From Haliotis rubra (Eukaryota): 64,000 bases of DNA. The position numbers and the translations under genes are program-made. This document shows positions 1 to 12,800 of the stretch, one piece after another. The stretch covers positions 496,001 to 560,000 of the forward strand of contig NW_025765325.1 of NCBI RefSeq assembly GCF_003918875.1, given 5' to 3'. The notes beneath the pieces are model-generated. The model searched no databases. It saw only the letters and a program-made list of their open reading frames with translations, and was not told the origin of the DNA. Within the stretch, counting starts at the first letter, position 1. Every line of letters starts with the position of its first letter.

Positions 1-229
1 ACAGTTTCACAGAACGACATTGCACTGTAATAGACCTACTAACTTCCAATGGTAACGACAAAGATATAATTGTAGTGTGGAATCCCGGTTCGACTTGATA
101 ATGTTTCTTGGTTTGTCCGCACTATTTGGTTTCATCAACGTGGTTAACGTCAGCATCACTTATGGACTTATTACCTCATAAATGCCAAGATATTCCTGAA
201 ATACCGTTAAAATCAAATGCTATACCCAT

Positions 230-722
230 GAGGGCGCGGTGGGCGAGCTGGCTAAGGCGCCAGGCTAGTGATCCAGCGAGGTTGTGTTGCCGGGATCGAG
301 CCCTCCTGTGACCGGGTTATAAAAACCTTGGAGTCAACTTTGTGTACAGACTCTTTCCGTGTTGTCACAACCCCTAGTGTACAGTACACAAGAACCCACG
401 AATTCGTTGGTATATGACCAGATGGTGGCCACATGAATACGTGCAAACACCTAGTTGCGGGTACAGCAACGTGCAGTTATCTTGGACAAAGTACTGTGAC
501 AATGTGTCCCAGTCCACCCAGCTGTGAATGGGTACCTCGTTAGGATGAGAAAGCCACAATAACTCGGTGCGCCTACTGGCAGCAAGAGTTGTATACTCCC
601 CAGGGAGTTAAGATTGATAATACGATGTGCCGTTGAGATTGACATCCAATGATCGAGGGAAAAATACCAGCGCCTTAAGGATGCACCAGTTGAGCGGATA
701 TGTGCGCTATATAAATATCATA
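230..722 (+). mobile_element. tRNA-derived SINE (family D) with Meta-like and CORE-like body domains and an L2-type tail
   Basis: A/B-box-like head (tgggcgagctggctaagg...gggatcgagccc), block gagtcaactttgtgtacagactct, block cttggacaaagtact...ccacccagctgtgaatgggtacc, tail gcgcctt...gcgctatataaat. A second copy lies at 12380-12838 (-). Confidence 0.7.
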
Positions 723-822
723 TGAAAGATCCGGGGTGGAAGTAATCTTCAACATATCATACAACATGTATATTATTTTCTTCACGAGGCGCTGTCTCAC
801 AAACCATGGTCTTCTAACCTAG

Positions 823-3800
823 TTTTGACTTCGACCCCACTGTTCGTCATACTTTCTGGGGGCTACTTCTGGGTACATTCGCTCGGTCGTCCGGCCTGGT
901 CTTCAACCAGTCGACTATACAGAGGGTCTGTTCAACGCCAACACTCGCTGCTGCCAAGAAGTGAGTCATGTAAAACTATGACCTAACAAGAATTGCCCTC
1001 CCTGTAGATAGAAGTTGAAACATACAGGAGGGAAATTCGTGCTGTGGCATTTTTTTGTAGATTCTATCATACATATTCCTTAAATAATACCTCATTTGTC
1101 ACTCAGTGTCAAAATCATGCAGTAAGCACGTAAAAATTCACCATCGGCACCAAAAAGCAAAACTAGGTTGTTGCAGCAAAACATGATAGCCTTTGTTGCT
1201 TGGGTGTCATCGTGTACCAATTGCACGGATCAATGTTCTTGACGTCAATCAATCAGGCAATTCAGTGATCAACTTTATGAGCATCGATCAGCGCAGTTGG
1301 GTTACGATATGCCTGACCATCTGTTCCCGTTAGTTGCATGGGTTCATGAAGCAATTCTAACCATGGTCTTCACGGGTACTATCCATATGAAGTTGTGTTC
1401 CTGTTTCTGTCTTTCAGAGTAATGCTAATAGTGAGTCCTGCGTTCTGGATAACACTCACCGTGGCTTTGATAGAGGGCGTCGTAGCCTATGCTTACTATG
1501 TGAACGTCGGATGTGATCCTTTGGAATCAGGCCAAATACAGAACCCGAATCAGGTCAGTTTTCTTCAATCACTAAGGACGTTCATTATTACAAGAATTCT
1601 GGCAACATTTTGTGCTGGTTTTGTTAGAATTAGTCAATTAAAAAACCCATTTCTGTTGAAAAACGAAATTATTTAGTTCAATGTTTCTTAACGTTACCTT
1701 TGTAAATAAGGTCTGATGAAGACCAGATACTATTGTCCATCCAACACAATATATTATTTATAGCTAACGATGAAAATATTTCTAGTATCAATGAAGAAAA
1801 CGCTAGCACTATTTATTAAAAAAATCAAAAGAACATTTTTTCTGTTTGAACAATTCTTGGCACGAAATAATAACACGCTGAAAGGCCGTCACACTTTTCC
1901 GTACCTTAATTCCTTATGAGTTGCGCATTGACATTTCTATCATACCCAGTCGTACGCATCTCATATGTATGTATGCTGTCACATGACAGCTCCATAGTAC
2001 GTTTGCATAATGTTTATATTTCCTTCAGATCATACCATTTATGGTAATGGATATTTTCCGGGGTTTGCCTGGCATGCCTGGACTCTTTCTGGCCGCTTTA
2101 TTCAGTGCATCTCTCAGGTAACTTCTTGGAGAGGCATTTTTCCTTCATCTCACAGGTAGGCAATGTCTGTACACTCTCTTGCCCCAGTACGTCTATAATG
2201 CATGCAATACCTGGACTCTTTCTATCCGCTTTATCCAGTGCATCTCTCAGGTAACTTTTTGGAGAGGCATTTTTCCTTCATCTCACAGGTAGGCAATGTC
2301 TGTACACTCTCTTGCCCCAGTACGTCTATAATGTATGCTATGTCTGGGCCATCTCCGTCAGCTCTATTCCGTGTCTCTGTGGAAGATAATGCAGGGACTC
2401 TCTCTGTCCACTGTGCGTCTGTAAGGAAGGTGATGTACTAGACTATATCAGGTCCCACTGTGTCTGTAAGGCGGGCGATGTACTAGACTATATCAGGCTT
2501 TATTCCGTGTCTCTGTGAAAGATAATGCAGGGACTCTGTGCGTCTGTAAGGTAGGTGATGTACTAGACTATATCAGGTCCCACTGTGTCTGTAAGGCGGG
2601 GGATGTACTAGACTATATCAGGTCTCAGTGTGTATGTAAGGTAGGTGATGTGCGAGACTTTATCACTGAATACAGTGATACTTTCCCTGATATGGACTTT
2701 TTTTGCCACCCGATATGGGCAGGATCGGCAAGGTCATATCTGGACTCGGGCAAGATATCGATATCTTCACCGTCCATTTTGTACACGACGTCACGGAACG
2801 TTAATGAATCGAATGGCGTTACATCAAGAATAACGTAATAGAGATGACGTCATGTTAGATCATCCTTTCATCATGGCCGGGGAAAGGACGCTAGCGTCTT
2901 TATCACGATCGCTTCAACTGGAAGATTTAGTGGAGAGGGAGGAGTAAGGATGAGTGAGTGAGTCAGCGAGTTAAAATTTATCGTCACATCGGCAATATTT
3001 CAGCCATATCGTGACGAGAACAATTAATTTTATACATAGTAATTAATGGTAATTGTAAAACCTGTCAACGAAGGACAGTAAAATAACTAGATGATCACAG
3101 ATTCGAATTTAAAACTAGTAATTAAATCTAAAACAGTTTAACTAGAGATGACAATACAAGGTAAAAACAGGCTATATATTGCCAACAACTGAAGGTAGAT
3201 CACCATACTAGGGACCATGGGGACTTACAGTACATTTGCTTCCTGCATGGACCCTAGCTGGATTTACACCATCCCTTCAGCTATTAGCAATTTTAGATAA
3301 TCTAGCCACAAATTAAACGAACATATATTCTACGATTAAAATGGTAGTAGGTTTAAATTTACTTTGAATGTTTTGGGACTTACGTACCCTCTCAGGAGGA
3401 CAATAATTTTACAGTACTTTAACCCCCTTTGAGGGTACAGCCACTCAATCTAAGTTACTAATCTAAACTACATATCATTAAAATACATCTATCTACAGAA
3501 CATATTAATCAAAATCCATTAATTAAATCAATTTCTTTTATAAAACCAAGAATTAAATGAAAATGAACAGTATTAAAAAGACCCTTAACAGTTTTAACAT
3601 TGAAATATTTATCCCTTATGATGGAGAATTCAACACAGTCAAGCAGGAGATGCTTGACTGTGACTCTCTCATCACAAGGGATACAAAACGGAGGATCTTC
3701 ACCTTTTAACAGATATTTGTGAGTATAACGCGTATGGCCAATGCGACATCGTCGCATAATGACCTCTTCAAATCTGGACTGACAACCCAAGTAGGTGTAA

Positions 3801-6800
3801 CCAATATAAGGTTATATTTCATGTAATTTATTGATACCTACCTGGGTGTCCCACTTCTTCTGCATCAGACCACGGATGTAGGTTCTAATGTTAGCTTTGT
3901 AATCAAAGAATGGGATAAGAAGTGGTGTCACAGATTTATTGAGTGCTGCCTTGGCAGCAAGATCAGCCATTGTATTCCCAGAAATGCCAACATGGCTGGG
4001 TAACCAACAAAGGACGATGTCGTATTGGCCAGTAGCAAGATCATTATATAGTTCAATAATCTCAATTAAAAGTGGATGTTTACAAGAAAGAATTTTAATA
4101 GCCTGAAGGCAAGAAAGAGAGTCGGAAAAGATTATATATTGTTTATATTTAGGATGTCTATTAATATATTTAAGAGCTGTTAGTATTGCATTAGCTTCTG
4201 CTGTGAATATTGAGCTGTCATCAGGTAATCTGGAGGATATTGTTCTGGATCCAATGACAGTGGCACAAGCAACTGCGCCACCATCCTTGGACCCATCTGT
4301 AAATAAGGATTTGTATGTATTATATTTACTTTTTAATTGATTATATTCTTGTTTATATTGTAATTCATTAGTTTCCGATTTCTTATACTGTGTCAGTGTT
4401 AGGTCAACCTGTGGCCTTACTAATTGCCAAGGAGGAGAAGAAAGAAGAGGGGAAGGAGCTATATTTTCCAGCTCAATGCCGGCAGCAGAAATAAATGGTT
4501 TAATTCTTAAACCAAGAGGCGGAGCAAGAGAAGATTTCTTATTGTATAAATCCTCATATAGGGGATTGAAGACACAGTTATATATGCAGGGTTAGATTGA
4601 TTAGAGTATAGTTTTGTAATATATTGTAAAGATAATTTTATACGGCGTTGTGTAAGAGATGGCGCATCTGCCTCGACGTAAAGGCTGTCAACAGGAGAAG
4701 TTCTAAAAGATCCAAGACAAAGTCTTAGACCTTGGTGGTGTACAGAATATAATAGTTTTAGGTTGCTTTTGCAGGCTCCACCATATACGATGGAGCCATA
4801 ATCAAGTTTTGATCGGATGAGTGATCTGTACAGTTGGAGGAGAGTCTTCTGATCCCCTCCCCATTTGCAATTTGAAACTACTTTTAATAAATCCAGTGCA
4901 TTGAGGCATTTAGTTTTATGTTTTACTGTTTTATGTGCGGTAGAAAGGTCAAGTGTTGATCAAAAACAATACCAAGAAACTTAGCCTCTTTTACAACTTT
5001 GATAGGAGCTCCATCCAATACTAAATCTGGGTCCTTATGTGGCTTATATTTTCTGCAAAAATGAATGCAGTTGGTCTTGGCTTTTGAAAATTTAAAACCA
5101 TTTTCAAAACACCATTTATGAATCTTATTTAGACATAACTGCAACTGCCTTTCAATAGTATTCATGTTCTTACCGCGACAAGAAATATTAAAATCATCCA
5201 CAAAAAGTGATCCATCAATCGAATCATTTAAAACCTTTGATAAACTGTTGATTTTAACGCTAAACAAGGTAACAGACAAGATACTTCCTTGTGGGACACC
5301 CTGATCCTGATTGTAACGGTCAGACAGGGTAGAACCCACTCGGACTTGAAATTGTCTGTCTTCTAAAAACTGAGATATCAATTGGGGTAAACGGCCCTTC
5401 AACCCAAAGTCATGGAGATCTTTTAGAATTCCATACTTCCATGTCGTATCATATGCCCTTTCAAGGTCGAAAACGATTGATACAGCATGTTGTTTATTTA
5501 ACATGGAATTGTTAATAAAAGATTCTAAACGTACCAAATGGTCGATGGTACTTCGATTTTTGCGGAAACCACATTGAATGTTAGTGAGGTTGGTGGTTTC
5601 CAGGTACCAAACTAAACGATTATTAACCATAGTCTTACAAACGCAGCTAGTAAGTGATATTGGTCGGTAGTTAGAAGGATCAGTATGATCCCAACCACGT
5701 TTAGGGATAGGAATGACAATAGCATTTCGCCATGATGATGGGAAATGACCAGAAGTCCATATATTGTCAAAGATAGTCAATAATGTTTCTAAAGACGATA
5801 CAGGTTAATGTTTAAGAAGCTGATAATGAATATTATCGGGCCCTGAAGCAGTGTCATGAGCTTGCCCAAGGGCAGTATGGAGCTCATGAATGGAAAAAAA
5901 AATCATTATGATCCTCCCTGTTGTCTGATATAAAAATTAAATTTCTTTTTTTCTTGTTGGTCTTTAAATTTCTTAAAGGCTGGTAAATAATTAGACGAGG
6001 AGGAATGTTTAGCAAACATTTAACCAATTTTATGGGCAATATCAGATGTTTCAGTTAGAAGAGTGTCACCCTCCTTAAGATGGTGGACACCACATGTGGA
6101 TCCTTTGCCTTTAATTTTGTCTGCACCATATTCCCAACCTTAGAAATTGGTGTTCGTGAGTTGATCTTAGAAACATAGTTTTGCCATGACTGTCGTCTAT
6201 TTTGCTTTTATGTGCGACGAGCCTTGGCATTCGAAATTTTAAACTGGTTCAAATTATGGACAGTTGGATGTCGACGGAAATATTTTTCTGCCTTCTTTCT
6301 CGCCTTTCTAGCTTTCTAGCTAACCTTTTACGAATGTGTGGGATTGTAGAGGATTTTGGAATACATTTATCAGCAATGGTATTTAGTTCATCAGAAAATG
6401 TTTGAATAGGATCAGTAACATTAAGGAATAAGTTAGGTTGCAATCTTTCAGTGTATAATGTATGAAATAAAGACCAATCGGCTTTTGTAAAGTTCCACCT
6501 TGATGATGGTGGAGCATCACCAGGATGTACAGTTGATAGAACCATGGGAAAATGGTCACTTCCACAAATCGTGAACCGACCATTCAAATTCATTTAATAA
6601 GTTTGAGTCTGTCAGTGAAAGATCTATTGAAGAATAACTTCCAGTTCCAGGATGTAGATAAGTATGTGAATTATCATTTAATATACATAAATCATTATTC
6701 GAAATGAAATCCTCAAGTATTTTTCCTTTTGTATTTATTATTGTACCACCCCAAAGTGGATTGTGGCCATTCAAGCCACCTGTGAAAATACAAGGTTTAG

Positions 6801-9800
6801 GGAGTTGATCATATAACTCTTGAAGATCTGATTGCTGAAGACAGGATGAGGGTGTAAAGAGAACATAAAGTGCAGAGTAAGCCTAACTACAACTGCTTGA
6901 AGAGGGGTATTAAGTGGGACAGGACTATGGATCATACCCTGCCTCACAATAATTGAAGATCCTCCCGTAGCCTTATGCCCTGGAGGGGAGAAACAATGGA
7001 ATGATGTATACCGTCGTAAGTCAAGGTATCAGTTGATTTGAGATGTGTCTCTTGCAAGCATAAAGCTGATGGTTTCAAATCTTGAACTAAAAGCTGTAAA
7101 TCATTCAAATTATTCTTCATTCCTCTACAGTTCCACTGGATTATATTTTGAGAATTCATTTAGGGGGTGCTATGGGAGAAAGCTCCCGACCTTTCTTTTT
7201 GGGAGAATGGCTCTTGGAGCCGATGCTCAGTTGGGATGACACATCCATGTCATCTAAGAGATCGAACCTGTTTAAAATGGACACAGGGTCTCTTTGTCCT
7301 TTTGGAACTCGTTCACTTCTATTTTGCTTATTTGAATAGTCAACGTTAGCATTTTTCTTTTTAACAATTGGTGCAGCTGTTTGGGTTTCTGATGATTTTG
7401 ATACTTTTTGTGAGGACGATTTAGAAGTTGTGCCAGAGTGAGTAAGATCATGAACACACATAGGGGTCTGTGTATTCACCCAGGTCAAGTCGGTTTGACA
7501 ATCAATGGAGTGAGTGGAGGGTTTCATCACTTCAGCGTAGGTGGACTTACCCCGCAGTGGAGTGTTGCCAGATGGTGTAGCTGAAGCAGCCAACTTCCTT
7601 GCTTCTGAAAAACTAACATTCTTTTCTGTTTTGATGCGTTGGGCGGCCATTTCAAATTTCCAAACAGTACACTCTTTAGAGGAGGATATGTGTGAACCAG
7701 AACAGTTCACACATTTTGGCTCTGATGTACATGTACCACTATCGTGATCTTTGTCACCGCAACGAAAACAAGCAGCATGATTTTTACATGAGTTTTGTCC
7801 GTGGCCGAATTTCTGGCAGTTAAAGCACCTGAGAGGATTAGGAATATACAGGTCAATTTTCATAGAGAAGCATCCGACTTTAAGAGATTGTGGCAACTTT
7901 GGAACATCAAATGTAAGCAGATAAGTATTGGAAGGCGAATAGACACCGTCTTTCTTGAATGTGAAACGCTTCGCCTCAACTACACCCTGCATTCTTAATT
8001 GACTTACTATGTCATCCGTGGAGAGATCAGCTAGACTCCTATCTCTGTCTCGGATAATGCCTTTGCTGAAGTTGAGAGACTTGTGTGGATAACATTTTAC
8101 AGGAATGTTTGCAAAGGATTTTCTTTCCATGTAGATTTGCTGCTTGTTCTCTCTTGACACATTCTATTAGAATTGAGCCAGATCTAATTGTGGTTACATT
8201 TTTAACAGTTCCAGCAATACCTTGAATTGCTTTTTTCTTATAGAAACAGGAAGTTAACTTTTTCTCACTAGACTGCATAGCATAGTCTGGTAATTGTATT
8301 TCCTCCTCATCAGTGTCATCTGCATGTTAACGTTTTTGTTTTTTGGAGGTTTTGTGAAGCCATGATTGTACAGTTTGTGGTTCACTCTCCTGGCTCCCCA
8401 CCCACGATGGAGTGTCAACAAGGACGATGCCATATGCCTGTGGACCTCGAACAGGCGGCATCAAGGATACCAAGAGAGTATACTCAAGCAGTAACATTGA
8501 ATATAATGTACTACCAGATTGGCCCATGAGCCATCGCCTTCTGGGCAAATAAAGACTCTAGGCAAATTTATAATAAGCATATTTCCAAAACAAGAACACT
8601 TTGATAAACAAACTAGGCCAAGACCTAAAGTAAACAGTCAATTTAGAAATAGAATTTGTGCAAATACAAAATCATGCACAGGGCTTTGCATGACCAGCCG
8701 ATTGATTGAACCGGGCCCATTCAACCACCCGTCTAGGTGAAGTAAGGGGCGAAGTGGTGTGTTGGGCAAAGGAACGCTATTCCTGGAACCAGTGCCCTCA
8801 ACCACTAGACTCCCGCCCTCCACCGACACAGGGGCGCAATCCACGGCAAACAGGTTGGTGGACCAAATATACCCCCGAGTGCACACGGGGGGTTGAAGAG
8901 CTCTTAGCGTTACCCAGCACCCACCACGAGGAGGTTCCTCTTCACGGGTGCCGTCTCGTGATGATTTCGGGCAAGATATGAAAAACGAAGTAAGTCTACA
9001 TATCAGGTCCCAGTGCGTCTTTAAGGCAGGTGATGTACTAGCCTGTATCAGGTCTCAGTGCGTATGCAAGGTAGGTGATGTACTAGACTATATCAGGTCC
9101 CAGTGCGTCTTTAAGGCGGGTGATGTACTAGACTATACCAGGTCCCAGTGTGTCTTTATTCTGCGCAACAAATTCTATTTTGAAAATATATGGAACTTAA
9201 ATATTTTTTAAAATTACAGAGCTATCATCACGAAAGCCGTAGTTTTCTTTTCGTTTCGATGTCATTTTGTCTGATGTGGCTGAAGTATTGCTAAAATACT
9301 TACTCTGAAAATCATGTAATCTACATTTTACGAAGAGAATTATTATATGCTGGATCGATGCCACTTCGATATGTATAAGTAACAGTACTTTTCAGGATCA
9401 GTCACGCACCTTTTATGTTTCTACAGCACAATTTCATCTGGACTCTCCAGTCTGTCCGCGATGACCTGGGAGGACGTTCTCAAACCACGCCTACCAAATG
9501 TTTCCGACTTCACAGCAACGGTGATAGCTAAAGTGTCAGGTGAATGTTACATCAGGTTTACTGCCATCGTTGTATAGCTTTTTCATAACTTAATCCGTTT
9601 CACTTTCATGAGATATGTGAGGTATACTTTACACGGGTGACAATATCTTTAGGATTCCTATTATTTCCTTCAGGGTCGACCTGATGATAAAGTCAGGAAG
9701 GGACGGGAAGGGTTTATAGAAATGTGTAACCTGTTTCCAAAGAGCTGGAGGAAGAATACTAGTCTTTGATGCGATGTTTGTTAGACAGGCTTAAAATAAA

Positions 9801-12800
9801 ATCTCCGATTGCCTTTACTGTAATTGCTGTAATATTATTGTTTGTGCACGCATCTGTAAAATGTTCAATGAATTGCTTTTACGTGGTCCCGGGGGCTTAA
9901 TATCGAAATATACCGATCTGACCTGACTGTCCTGTTGTAGGTATAGCAAGGTATACTCCACCCAAAAAAGTTAAGGACCACCAATTTTTCAATATTAAAG
10001 TATTTAATAGTTCATATTATGATCCATATAATGCTTAAATATTGAATATTGGGGTGGTCCTTAACTTTATTTGTTGAGTATATTTGTGTCCTTCAGTGAC
10101 TCTTGTTATATAAAGGTATATATTGTATGTCACTGCCCCGTACTATTTCCAGTTGTTGCGTTCGGGTTTCTTTCTTGTGGAGTGGCCATCCTGATTTCCT
10201 TCATTGGAGGAACGCTCACGCAGGTACTGTATAAAGTTTCCATGCTTAAATATGTGATCGATGTTTTGGTAACCCCTCCAGCGGCTGTTTCGGCGCTTAT
10301 GAACTGGTCTGTAAGAAGATGGGAACTTGTATCCGCATTATTTCATACGTGCTAAAACCTATTATTCCAAGGCTTTATTGATATTATCTTTAATTTTATT
10401 TGATAAGCTGTTCAAGGTAGTGTTTACCTGTTGCCGTAAATCATAAAAAAAATAGTGTTGATGAATTATTGTAATGTGGACGAGGGAGGATACAGACGAA
10501 AGTGCACTTTGTTCCAGATAAAGAGAAAATAAAAAGTCACGGTCAAAGGTTTCAAAAATATTCTAAAAATATATTAAAACATTTTTCGAAAAATATATAA
10601 TAATTATGAGCCCTGTAGACACTGTTTAGCCTTACAATTACATTTAGTGTTATTATTTAAAAGTATCATTTGAATTTTAAAATTATTTAAATTCTGTGAA
10701 TATTACTGCATTTAGAACTACCTTGTTACAATTTCGATCGTGGGGCAGTAACTTTATGATCTCACAAGACAGAAAAATAGGTATACCCAAATGTGAAAGA
10801 TTTTGCCCTTTTTTGTAAAGTGATTGTGTTGAAACAGAAGTTCATGTTTACCTTGTACGCCCCTTTTCTATTAATCTGAGATGTAATATTCTCCCACAGT
10901 ATTATTGGGAATATCCTTCAGAAAATAAGTTCTTTTTTCTGCTTACTTCTAATAACAGTTTTACTCTAAATTGCCTAGACAAGTTTTTTTAGCCCTTAAG
11001 AAACGGAATAACTTCTTGACTGTGTGATTTACATAATACCATTCTCTCAGAATATTACTGATGTATACATGTGTGCTGTGGTCTCATCTCGATTATCCGT
11101 GTGGCGCACCGTATCACCAGTAAGAATTAATGTATTGTAACATGGGCATGTTAGTTTACTGAATAAACATCTCTCTCATGTAAATCGTGTCTCTGGTATC
11201 AGACAGTTTCTTCTCAAGGGAACCAACCAACGGTGGTACATGAGAAAAGTACAATATAAATTCGCATATGATAATATAATCAATCAAGATGACAGCAATA
11301 TAAGGTAAATACATATATATAGTGAAATTTTGAATGAAATATGACAAAGTAAGTTAGCAATATTCTCATGCAGCTGCAACTAGTCTGAAGATGATGTTGA
11401 TAATTTTAGACAGGTTTTTCACATTTTTTACTCTGGTGCTTGATAAACATTTTTTAAGTTGGACATATTAGGCCATTCGTAGAGATCTTTATGTATGTGT
11501 ATAGACCGCGGCTGGAGAAGGGCTTCACACCTGAACAGGTAGTGGAACTCATCACCAACCGCCGGGGCATTACATAGATGGCACAAACGTTCCACAGCAA
11601 CATTCCAGTTACATGATAAATGTTACATGATAAATGTAACGTAGTGTTCTCTACCTGATAATGACTATTTCGTGTGTTGATTTATATTTATCAATTAGTG
11701 CCAAATTAAAAAAATCAGGCTTTAAGAAAACATTGCGTTTTCTCAGGCACAACCCGCTTATCTATTTTAAGACCTGGTGACATCACTGGTCGTATACATT
11801 TCATCGGTAATTTTCGTTTTGTGGTCAACGGAATTCGTTCAGTTCAATTTGACGTTTTGTTTCAAAATGCATATGTTTATACGAATCATGGTTCTTGTTT
11901 TAGATAGCCACATCGGTGTTATCCGCGTTCAATGGCCCTCTGTGTGGTCTGTTTATCATCGCATCTCTGTGTCCATGGGCTAACGCTAAAGTAAGTAATC
12001 CTGAACTGACTAAAGTTTCAGGCGTGCATTCAATGACACTGAAAAGTAAAACTGGAAAGCAAAACATGAAATGCATTACTTCTACAGAACCTCACATAGT
12101 AACATCAACATTTCATCCAAAACGATAATAGCTATGGCACTACCAGTCATAGGTGTCGTCTTCATTGTTGTATTCATCATGAAGTGTTACCTCTCTTGAG
12201 TGTAAAAGCAACCTCTGAATGGTGAGTTCGGATCCCGAATCGGCTTAGGTTTGTATAGAGGTTAGTCAGCACCGCTCCCGTTCTTAATTTGGTTTGTTAT
12301 TTTATGCCCCACTCAGCTATATGACGTCGGTCTGTCAATAAATGAGTCTAGACCAGACAATGCAGTGACTGACATATATATATGCCACATTTCTATAGGG
12401 CCCTATTTGAACTACTTCAAGATCACTCTAAGGCGCTTCACAAGTTGTTTTTCCCTTAATCATTGGATGTCAATCTCAAACGGCACATTCTATTTTCAAT
12501 CTCAACTCCTTTGGGAGCACACTCTTGCAGCCTTAAGACTGCCCGAGTTAATGTGGCTTTCCTCACGAGGTACCCATTCACAGCTGGGTGGATTGGGACA
12601 CATAGTCACAGTACTTTGTCCAAGTTTACTGCACGTTGCTGTACCCGCAGATTTGTGTGGCCATCATCTGGTCATTTACCAACGAATTCGTGGTTGTGCA
12701 CGGTCCACTAGGGTTTGTGACAAAACTTAAAGAGTCTGCGCAGAAAGTTGACTCTAAGGCTTTTACACCCGGTCACACCTCAGGCTCGCTGTATCACTAG

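Noticed and set aside
1711-1740. ctgatgaagacc hammerhead-like half
   Set aside because: No downstream GAAA. At most a Penelope remnant.
2515-2838. Cys-rich repeat ORFs (CVCKVGDVLDYIRS), also at 8948-9211
   Set aside because: Translations of an intronic 45-bp minisatellite, with no splice or homology support.
9678-9730. Hammerhead candidate ctgatga...gaaa
   Set aside because: Stem II is out of register, and there is no convincing stem I/III or NUH site.
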